A stretch of DNA of 20,000 nt, from contig WELA01002119.1 of the NCBI GenBank assembly GCA_009602735.1, forward strand, positions 45,053-65,052, written 5' to 3'. Position 1 is the first letter of the stretch. Each line of letters opens with the position of its first letter. The stretch comes from Mesotaenium endlicherianum (taxonomy: Eukaryota). The position numbers and the translations under genes were made by a program. Below, one piece after another: positions 1 to 8,980 of this stretch. The notes under the pieces are model-generated. The model made no database searches. It had not been told where the DNA came from and saw only the letters and a program-made list of their open reading frames with translations.

Positions 1-821
1 CCAGGCAACAGCGGCGGAGCCACGTACCTAACTCATCCCACACGCACAGGTCGAGTAAGACAGATGTTCTACAGGTAAAATGAGGCGCACACGGTTCAGC
101 GCCTGCAATTCCCCGCGCGCGACAGGCGTCGCCTCCGACAGGGTTTGCCTCCCAGCCTCCTCTCGATGTGTGCACAGCGGCAGTGCGCAGGTGTGCATCC
201 CATGCCGAGCAAGAGGAGCGCGAGCGTCGAGATGCCGCTGCGGCGTGATGTTGCGTGCGAGTGAGCAAGTGCAGTGCTATCGCTGAATTGCGGATTGCCA
301 CCAACAGAGTGCAGAGCCGGCGCTGGACTGCATGGATCCCAGGAATGAGTAGGACTTTTTTTATTCGCAGGTCGACTTCTACGAGGCTGTGCTTAGGGTA
401 TATGAGCCCCCCTTCTGGTGTTTCAAATATAGTTTGTTCCTGCGGGCCAAAAGTCCTACCAATTCGCTCTGCCTGCTGGTTTCCTCAGATTTCCTACTCC
501 CCATACTTCTGTCCCGAGAGACTGCGGTGTGCAGCCGCTGTGTCATCATGCAACCGTCTTCATCCCTGTCTGCACCAAGGCTAAGTACGGGGGGAAAGCC
601 CTTCTGTGGCAGGTGGGCACCCACTGCGCAGTCCAAGAGAGTGACTGCGGACGCTCGTCACTCTACAAGAGAGATACCAAGCAAGCAGTCACTGTCCGTG
701 GGGACCTGGGGCCAGAAGCTGCAGACCCGCCACAAATGGACAAGCACAAAGGGGCGAATCGCCGCTGCTCCATTCATATATTATACTCTCCTCCCCCCCC
801 TCCCCCTCCAACCCCCCACCC

Positions 822-1346
822 NNNNNNNNNNNNNNNNNNNNNNNNNNNNNNNNNNNNNNNNNNNNNNNNNNNNNNNNNNNNNNNNNNNNNNNNNNNNNNN
901 NNNNNNNNNNNNNNNNNNNNNNNNNNNNNNNNNNNNNNNNNNNNNNNNNNNNNNNNNNNNNNNNNNNNNNNNNNNNNNNNNNNNNNNNNNNNNNNNNNNN
1001 NNNNNNNNNNNNNNNNNNNNNNNNNNNNNNNNNNNNNNNNNNNNNNNNNNNNNNNNNNNNNNNNNNNNNNNNNNNNNNNNNNNNNNNNNNNNNNNNNNNN
1101 NNNNNNNNNNNNNNNNNNNNNNNNNNNNNNNNNNNNNNNNNNNNNNNNNNNNNNNNNNNNNNNNNNNNNNNNNNNNNNNNNNNNNNNNNNNNNNNNNNNN
1201 NNNNNNNNNNNNNNNNNNNNNNNNNNNNNNNNNNNNNNNNNNNNNNNNNNNNNNNNNNNNNNNNNNNNNNNNNNNNNNNNNNNNNNNNNNNNNNNNNNNN
1301 NNNNNNNNNNNNNNNNNNNNNNNNNNNNNNNNNNNNNNNNNNNNNN
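822..1346. other. Assembly gap (525 N); smaller gaps at 4878-4891 and 5812-5823 lie inside poly-C runs
   Basis: N runs in the sequence; all three are flanked by C-rich tracts. Confidence 0.99.
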
Positions 1347-1507
1347 TCCCCCTCCAACCCCCCACCCCACTCCTGTCCCCCTACCGGCCCAGTGATTTCG
1401 CAGAGAAAGGAGACTGGACCACAGGTGGCAGCTGGATGGCCCGAATGGCGCGGCTGGCAGATAGACAGGCAAGGGCAGAGGGAGCGGCAGACATGCAGGC
1501 CTACTAC

Positions 1508-1621
1508 CTTGGAGAGCACGACGGGGTCGCCGAAGTCGGGCTGCGAGCCCTGTGGCTTGGTGTACACGCGCACCAGCCCCATCTCGTCCCACATGCGCGC
1601 CAGCAGCCGGTCCAGGTTCAG
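1508..1621 (-). CDS. DRG2: DRG exon 9 ([38 protein letters not shown])
   Basis: Acceptor GTGCAG, donor AAG|GTAGTA; 114 nt; start of TGS domain. Confidence 0.94.
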
Positions 1622-4600
1622 CTGCACCGCCCCCCTCGCCCGCCCGCGCACGCGCGAGCGCACACACGCAAGAAGCGACAGCAACGCACGCGGCACGCGA
1701 GGACGTGGCCACCAGTCAGTTGCTCCCTTCCTGTGGCTCCTCCCCTCCCCTCCTCTGGGCATGGGCTTGCCAGCCAAGCCACAGCTGCGGGTGAGCGTGC
1801 TAGAATGGGTGTGGGTGTGGGTGCGGGTGCTAGTTCAGGCAGACGGGGGTCGGGGTGCATGATCACCAGCTGCCGGTCTCAGTCTGGCTGCATCATAGTA
1901 CTGACGTCTGCAGGTGCCAAGAGCAGCACCACATTGCACACGTCAAGTAAGCCCTGGCTTCAGGTCTCTAGCGCGCTGGCTCTATAGGACAGGAGGTGTA
2001 AAGTGAAGAGTGCTCCCACCACATGCCCCGAGTTTACGCACGCGCGCGTGTGTTTATCTGTGCGTGTGCGTGTGCGCGCATGTGCATGCGCGCGCGCGTG
2101 TGTGTGTGTGTGTGTGTTTGCGTGTGTGCAGAGCCCGCTTACATTACTGCACATGGTGTGTATGCACTGGCATTGCCACGAATACTCAGCTGCAAGCAAC
2201 TCTGAGCACACAGACAAACAGAAGTACAAGAACACACATCAACAGAATAGAGGCTTCAACATCCACCTGAGCACCGCGCAATTACAAACAGAGATGTGCT
2301 TGCAGGCACGCACACGTTGCATTCAACACTTCATGCAGGAACAGACACAAACACATATCCTCATATGAGGAATCTAATTTGGATGCATGCGCGCAAAAGG
2401 GAAGACTACCTTGGCCTGCGCGCTGATGACGATGGAGTGCGGCTGCCGCGCCAACCGATCGACGTCGTCGATTCCCACCACGTCAATCTTGTTGTACACG
2501 TACACGCACTTTATGTACTTGCGGTTGCCCTCGATCACGTCGATCAAATCATCCACCGTCGAATCTTCCCGGAACAGGAGCTGCACCCATTCACCCAGCC
2601 AGACACAGAACAGAGACAGAGACAGAGAGAGAGAGAGAGAGGCACAGACAAGAGCACCCCAAGCGTCCCTCCCCGGCATACGAGAATGAGTAAGCAACCA
2701 AGTTTTCTGACACAACAAGTAGTGAGTGTTATGCTGCCACTAACGCTCCCGCCTCCTTTTCCTTCCCTCCTTGCCCTCCCTCCCTTCTTCCCTTTTGCTC
2801 TCTCCAATGCCTCCTTCTCTTCTCCCGCCCCCCCCTAGCCCACTCTCTCTCCTCCCTCTTCACACTTCTGACATCACCTGATGCCTTGGCACGCGCTCCG
2901 AGTTCTATCGGGCCAGAACAATAATCGGCCAACCCTCCTTGTCAGCCTTGGGCAGCCGTGCTTGGTAGCGCCAAAAAGGGCTGTGAGCACCACCCTCTGC
3001 CCTTGAAATCCCACGGCACACCAGCCCCTCATCACTCCAACCACACAAGCTCCACCGCAGGCCAGCCGTGGCGACACGGGGGGGGGCGGCGCGCACACCT
3101 CGGCGTTGTGGATCTTGTACTCGTGCAGGATCTGGTAGCACAGCTTCTCGTCGATGTGCGTGAGCTGCGCCACCGTGTTGAAGCTGATGCCGCCCGTCTT
3201 CTTCCTCTTGAAGTATATCTGCCGCCACCGCCACCGCCACCGCCATTGCCACAGCCACCGCAACCGACACCAGCCCCACCAGCAGACGTACATCGCAGCA
3301 CAAACGGTTGGAGCACAATCCGTCAGCTGTGCATGCGCTGCGTGCGCGCGCACGTGGCAGCGTGTGCCCATCAACCAGGGACCACAGAGCGCGAACATGA
3401 GGTGGACGCGAAAGGCAAAAGCACAACGATAATTTTCAAGCTGGGCCAGCCCCCAGGCGAGTGTGCCAGGGACGGAGGAGGACGAGAAGCGGCCTGTCTG
3501 CCCCTGCCCTTGCGCCAGTCCACAGCCCATGGGCAGCAGCAAGCCGCCCCTCCAGCCTCCCAAGCTCACGCGGCGCTGGCAACGTGTGCTCCCCTCCCCC
3601 CTCCCTCCCCCCCCAGCAGTGGGTGGTGGAGGGTGCCGATGCTCTCTCTGCAGTGTGTATATGACACGTGTCTGCTGTGTGCTGGTGCTGCAAGAGCTCA
3701 CCCGGGTCCCGCCAAGCGCATAGATGGGGGCAGATCAACGATGCATAGGGAGGCAAAAAGGGCCAAGGGCAGCTCACCCCCCCTCCTGCTAGCACGCACG
3801 AGACACACCCACAGCGACAGGTGACTGCAGCAGTGTGGCAGCCAGGATCACCTCCCCCTTCCCCCCCTCCCTTTTCAGGCCCCTGACTACCGCTGTGCAT
3901 GCAGCCAGCACAGCAACAGCTTGGCGTGCGCACCCGAGGCGGGACAAAGGGGTAACCAGCACTTGCTCTGCGGGCAGATGCATGCTTGGGCGGGCAAGCG
4001 AGCAGGCGGGCGGGCGCAGGCGTACCTGGGGGGGCCGCTTGTTGAGGCGCAGCCCGACGGCCTCGAGCTCGCGCGTCAGAATCTGCCGATGCCCCTCGCT
4101 CTGCACGCCAAACGCCCAGCCCGTCCGCCCGCACGCGCGGCACCCGCACAAGATGATGGGGACGAGCATCAGCTGCAAGCCTTTGCGGCAAGGGAACAGA
4201 AAAGGGTTGAGCCGCGGTTGGCCCTGGGGCCCCTGGGATGGCGACAAGCCCCCAAAGCACGGGCCCGGCTCAGGCAGGTGGGAGAGGGGGGAGGCCCCTC
4301 CCTGTCCCTCTCTGCCTCCCGTCTTTGCCACTCAACACAGGCAGGCCGGGCGCGCAACGGACGCTCTCTCCTCGACCACATTCTTGGAGTCTGACAGAGT
4401 CAACCAGTACGCAGACACAGGAGGGCCGGCGAGTGAGAGAGGCGGTCAGAGAGAGTAGAGCTGCGCCCGAGACGTTGTGCGTTGCGCTGAGCCTCGCCGT
4501 CGTTCTGCGGCGGAGGTGGCAGGGGAGGGGAGCTCTCTCCCGTGCATTCTGATCTCCCTCAATCCCCAGAGGAGGGGAGAGGATGCTACAGACTTAAAGT

Positions 4601-7600
4601 CACAGCAGCAAAAGGGAGGGGGGGAGGGGGGGTGGCACGATGAGCTGGAATTTTGCAGGGCAGGGCAGTATGGCGGGGGCCATAGTAAAAGGTCTCTGTC
4701 AGCAAGGGGGAGAGAAAGGTGGGAGAGGCAGGCCCGGCAACGCAGCCTGGTGGCAGAGACAGGAGAGGAAGGACCTGCTGCTGCTGCAAACGCTTACCTT
4801 GCCGGCGTCCAGCACCATGAGCACCAGATCTGATGACTTGGCCACCGCAATGACCTGTCAGCAAACCCCCCCCCCCCNNNNNNNNNNNNNNCCCCCCCCC
4901 CCAATGCCAACCACCACCCGGCGCCATGTGACCTCAAGCGTGTGAGGCATAGAGAGAGCTAGATAGAGAGGGAGAGGAAGAGTGAGTCAGAGGGGGTGCC
5001 CCACTCGGAGCTCTTCGCACGCGCACACACACGCACACGACACGCACACACACACACACACACACACATGCACACACACAAAGCCAAGAGCATGACAAGC
5101 GAAAGACCCAAAGAGAGATAGGAGCACTCCCAGGCAAGATCGAAGCACCCTTGAAGCGCACTGAGCTGGCCCCTGGGCTGGCGGCATGCAAGGCAGTCGG
5201 AGGCGAGTCAGCCCACTCAGCCTCTCCTCCTCCGCACTAGCACGCTCCATTTGGCAGTCAGTCAGCACACATCTTCCGGATTGGCAGAGAGAGTGGCCCA
5301 CACCCCCCTCCCCCACTTCTCCCCCTTTTCCCAACCTCCGCCCCCTTCCGCCCCCTTCCGCCTCATTCTCCTGCTCACCTGTCGCCCGCGCCCCTTGCCC
5401 TCGGACGCGCCCTCGATGATACCCGGCAGATCGAGGAGCTGGATCTTGGTGTCGTTGTAGTGAATGATGCCGGGAATGCACGTCAGCGTTGTGAACTCGT
5501 ACGCCGCTGCCTCCGACTCCGTCCCCGTCAGCATGGTCAACAGGGTTGACTTTCCCACACTGCAACCCCCACCACCCCCACCCACCGACGACGTCACCAT
5601 TTCCATCAGGCCCAAGGCCCCCACCTATGACCGCCAGCACAGCAAATGACAGCAGGCGCTTGAAGGAGGGGGCATCATCACAAGGAGAAGGAGTAGAAGA
5701 CGCAGCCATGCATGCATGCACGCATGTGTTCATAGGCAGGCCCAACATGCTCTTCCTTTGCGGCTGGTGGTGGTGTACCTGCTCCCCCCCCCCCCCCCCC
5801 CCCCCCCCCCCNNNNNNNNNNNNCCCCCCCCCCCCCCCAACACACACCCCACGCATATCCCATACTCCTCACTCGCTCCACACATCCATCTCACATCCTG
5901 CACACTATTCTTACGAACATGTGTAGACACACACCATGTACCCAAACGGCGCCGCGCGCACCCAGCACGCGGCAACATGCTGACCAGCAGGCTGGGACGA
6001 GATGCGGGCCAAAAGCGCCAACTGAAATGACGCCTCCCATTGGGTGTAGGCAGATGTGGGTCTGCCAGCACATCGCTGCGTTTCAGTCCAGTCCACTCCC
6101 AGACCTCCTGGTGGTGCCCAATGGCAGCACCCTGCTCGTCCGGCAAAAAAGCTTGCCAGGCGTACTGTGGGGAACGAGCCAACACAGCTTCACAGTCCCC
6201 AGACACGACCAGAGCCCATAAGCCCCAAACCCTGAACCTGGGGTGTAACGTCAAAGTAGAGGTCCAAGCTCTAAGGCCCCAAAACCCCGACCCCCAACTC
6301 CAGCCCCTCATTCAAAAACCTCGCTCGAAAGCGGGTCAAAAAGAGTTCCTGAATTGAGCATGGCTTTCACCACACTTATCCACCACCCCGCCTACCCCGC
6401 TCACCCTGCCCATGCCGCCCACCCACCCGTTCAACCACACAACGCACTTTCTGCTGGAAGGTCATAAGCATGCGCCTTCACCCCCTGATGTGGCAACAAA
6501 TGATACATACAGATGAACACAAGCTCTGCTGCTGCGCTTGCTGCTTCCTTGCGTGCCATGCCACCAACACATGCACGAGGTACGGAAAGCCTCTCCCGCC
6601 CGAGACACGCCCCCCGCCAGCTGTCCCCATTGCGCTGCGCCAGAGCTGCAATGCAGCCACAGGTGAGCTGGGCCCCGGTTCGGCGGCAGAACCTCAAACC
6701 CCGAACCCTCAAACCACGTCAACCGCACAGGGCTCTCTTGCCTGACGAGGCCGGCTGACGCTCATCGACCAACCAACCAACCGACTAATCGACTAACTGA
6801 CGAACTGACTGACTGACTGAGGCACTAGCAGCCCCATGTGCGTCTGGGGCAAGGGGGGGCTGGCTGGGCTGCCTGCGGAGGCCCACGCCAGGCCAGGCCA
6901 GGGCCAGGCTAGGCCAGGGCAGGCCAGGGCAGGGCAGGAAGGGGAGAGGGAGACCGGGGGGGGGGGGGCAGCAGGCGAGAGCGCACCTGGGGAAGCCAAT
7001 GAGGGCCACACGGCCGTGCCCGAACTTGGTCACCTCGAACCCGTCCCCCTTCTCGCTCGAGCCCTGCCCCACAGAGCAGCACAGCACGGACATATGTCGT
7101 CCCACCGGGGAGCTTCAGAGTGCCGACCGGTCCCTTGGAGACCCTGACGTGACGTGCTCTCAGACAAGAAACCATAAATGCCTCCCCTCCCCCCCCCTTC
7201 CTCCGCACCCATACTTCCAGCCCCACCGCCCTTTCCCCTGCGCCGGCGGAGTTCTCATATAGCAGCAGTGTGGCAGCAGCCACCTGTGCAGAATACAAGC
7301 ACTGAGGCCAGCACAAGCCAGACGAGTGGAAGCACGGCTGGCATCAGTGCATGTGAAACAGCAGGGCCCAATGGCTGGAAGAGCAGAGGCCTTTTTTTTG
7401 GAGCCAGCCAGACAGAGAGGACAGCCCACCAAGGGGCAAGGCTGCAGGGACAGGCTGAGTTGCACCAGAACAGACGATGGGCTTAGCCTATTCCCATAGT
7501 CTCGTGCAGCTCCTTCTCAGAAGGACCCGCACGTTTCATCCCCTTGGATTTGAGCTCAAAGAGGAGCTCAAGACCTCCCCTCATCCTCTCTCAGAGCCAT

Positions 7601-8398
7601 GCATATTTCCTCCCACTCTGCCGAGCGTCGCGGGGTTTGGGGAGGTTTGACACAAGAGAACCTATCTGATGGTCAATGAAGTGGCTGCCGCTGTGGAGAA
7701 GGTGCGCTTTAGTAAGAGGTATGTGCGTGTTTCGCAGTTCGTTACCTTTGGAGGCTCTAGCAGTTGTGTTCTGAGCTTTGCAAGCTTGGCCTTGAGCTGC
7801 CCCAGATGGTACTCTGCAGTTTGCACCCACCACCAGGAAGAGTAGGGAAACAGCACAGACAGAGGACGTTTTGCTTCACAAGTTCTGTTTACATGTGCTC
7901 TATGGATTTCCAGATGAAGTGCAGACCAAGGCTTCCCTTGCCTTCACATTCTTATGTCACGCTAATCCCTATCTGCGAGACACGGTTTCAGGTCAAAGTG
8001 GTTGTGGACATTTGCTATGCCTCAGCCAAAAGAGAGCACCCCAAGAAGCAGTGGAAACTAGTACCCAGGAGAGAGGAGCACTGTCAACTATCTGACGCAA
8101 AGGCAGGCTTACCAGTCCTGACGAGTACAGACCGACTACACATAAGCAGCAGCAATGGCGCAGCGATTTCCAAAACCGCTCTGATCTCACAGGAGGCATA
8201 CACCACGAAATTGGTTTAGTCTGATAACTTAGACGTTCTAAGCGAGGCCCTTGACAGACGAGAAGGGCTGACGTGTCCTCTAACATCTTAGTCATCAGCA
8301 CTGACGAGTAGAGACGGCCAGCATGTACCTGTTGCTTTATTTTTCTGGGTTCTTGCCATCTCGGCCTCAATCTCCTTGATACGTTCTACGACACCCAT
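1508..8398 (-). CDS. DRG2: Developmentally regulated GTP-binding protein, DRG2 type (OBG family); spliced, 3'-incomplete: complement(join(1508..1621,2410..2580,3099..3218,4026..4100,4798..4854,5379..5559,6987..7063,7746..7813,8329..8398))
   Basis: Nine GT-AG-flanked exons splice in frame (933 nt, 311 codons) to [33 protein letters not shown]...GFPSVGKS (G1)...YEFTTLT (G2)...DLPGIIEG (G3)...NKID (G4)...RVYTKP (start of TGS domain). EYHLG and VALIGFPS are DRG2-type signatures. From recalled plant orthologs (~399 aa), roughly 85-90 C-terminal residues are not visible. Confidence 0.96.
2040..2130. repeat. (GC)n/(GT)n alternating purine-pyrimidine microsatellite in DRG intron 8
   Basis: cgcgcgcgtgtg...gcgcgcgcgtgtgtgtgtgtgtgtgtg. 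Confidence 0.85.
2410..2580 (-). CDS. DRG2: DRG exon 8 ([11 protein letters not shown]...YNKID...VISAQAK)
   Basis: Acceptor GTGCAG, donor AAG|GTAGTC; 171 nt; G4 NKID. Confidence 0.95.
2602..2650. repeat. (GA)n/(GACAGA)n microsatellite in DRG intron 7
   Basis: cagagacagagacagagagagagagagaga. Confidence 0.85.
3099..3218 (-). CDS. DRG2: DRG exon 7 ([14 protein letters not shown]...HEYKIHNAE)
   Basis: Acceptor CGGCAG, donor GAG|GTGTGC; 120 nt. Confidence 0.95.
3221..3270. repeat. (GCCACC)n hexamer repeat abutting the exon 7 acceptor
   Basis: gccgccaccgccaccgccaccgccattgccacagccaccg. Confidence 0.8.
4026..4100 (-). CDS. DRG2: DRG exon 6 ([25 protein letters not shown])
   Basis: Acceptor GTGCAG, donor CAG|GTACGC; 75 nt. 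Confidence 0.95.
4798..4854 (-). CDS. DRG2: DRG exon 5 ([19 protein letters not shown])
   Basis: Acceptor TGACAG, donor AAG|GTAAGC; 57 nt. Confidence 0.94.
5018..5080. repeat. (CA)n microsatellite in DRG intron 4
   Basis: cacgcgcacacacacgcacacgacacgcacacacacacacacacacacatgcacacaca. Confidence 0.85.
5379..5559 (-). CDS. DRG2: DRG exon 4 (SVGKSTLL...YEFTTLT...[18 protein letters not shown])
   Basis: Acceptor TTGCAG, donor CAG|GTGAGC; 181 nt; end of G1 plus G2 and G3 motifs. Confidence 0.96.
6768..6935. repeat. Compound simple repeats (CCAA)n, (GACT)n and (GGCCA/GGGCA)n pentamers in DRG intron 3
   Basis: accaaccaaccaacc; gactgactgactgactga; gccaggccaggccagggccaggctaggccagggcaggccagggcagggcagg. 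Confidence 0.8.
6987..7063 (-). CDS. DRG2: DRG exon 3 ([25 protein letters not shown])
   Basis: Acceptor GGGCAG, donor AG|GTGCGC; 77 nt. Confidence 0.93.
7746..7813 (-). CDS. DRG2: DRG exon 2 ([23 protein letters not shown])
   Basis: Acceptor CTGCAG, donor AAG|GTAAC; 68 nt. Confidence 0.95.
8329..8398 (-). CDS. DRG2: DRG exon 1 ([23 protein letters not shown])
   Basis: ATG at 8398-8396; donor G|GTACAT; 70 nt, phase 1. Not in the ORF track. Confidence 0.95.
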
Positions 8399-8872
8399 TG
8401 CTGCCTACGCGTTTGCCAGGAAATTCTTCAATTACAAAGAATAGTAACCTTCTTCTCGTCAAAATATATCCCTCATCAATTGCACGGCAAACTACAATAC
8501 ATGGAGAGATAAAAGGTCGAGTCGATCTTGTATCACTGGTAAATAGTTCAAAACGTAACAAAGTGTTCGCGCCAGTACAACTTTTTCAAGGTGCTGCAGA
8601 TTGTAGTCGTGTTGGTTCCAACCAGTGTCCTACATTCTAAGGCACTCCACACCACTCTGAACGCTCTAGCTCTTATAGCTCATGCTATCAATCTTCACAG
8701 ACAGTAGACATATTCGATGCTACGACACCGTCGATGTGTTAGTCGCTCTCAAATATTGGTGCAATCCAGTAGGACATTATTTGGCCTTTCACTTGCTCCT
8801 ACTATTTTCCAGAATACATTTCCTACGTGTTATGTACCGAATGATACCGCGTGCTTTTTTCATATACGTGAA

Positions 8873-8980
8873 TCCGTCGGTTGCTTATTCCGTCGGTTGC
8901 TACAGTCCACTTCAGTCCGTCGGTTTTGGCTGCATTGTTGTAGTCCGTCGGTTGCTTCAGTCCGTCGGTTTTGGCTGCAT
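8873..8980. repeat. Array of five TCCGTCGGTT decamers including a perfect 26-bp duplication
   Basis: Copies start at 8873, 8889, 8916, 8944 and 8961. CTTCAGTCCGTCGGTTTTGGCTGCAT occurs at 8910-8935 and 8955-8980. Confidence 0.9.

Noticed and set aside
379..636. Minus-strand 85-aa ORF with a GGTGCAG acceptor-like site as a possible final DRG exon
   Set aside because: The peptide does not resemble the DRG TGS domain or C-terminus, and the phase-0 reading stops after a few codons.
389..1987. Long ORFs (532, 362, 312, 288 and 194 aa) around the gap
   Set aside because: Their length comes from translating 525 Ns; only 1508-1621 on the minus strand is real coding sequence.
2003..7486. Numerous overlapping 60-290 aa ORFs on both strands
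   Set aside because: They are stop-poor GC-rich introns, microsatellite translations (VCVCV, RHRHRH, poly-P/G) and antisense shadows of DRG exons.
8873..8980. Repeat array as a CRISPR-like locus
   Set aside because: Repeats are only 10 bp with short, irregular, partly duplicated spacers; the context is eukaryotic and there are no cas genes.
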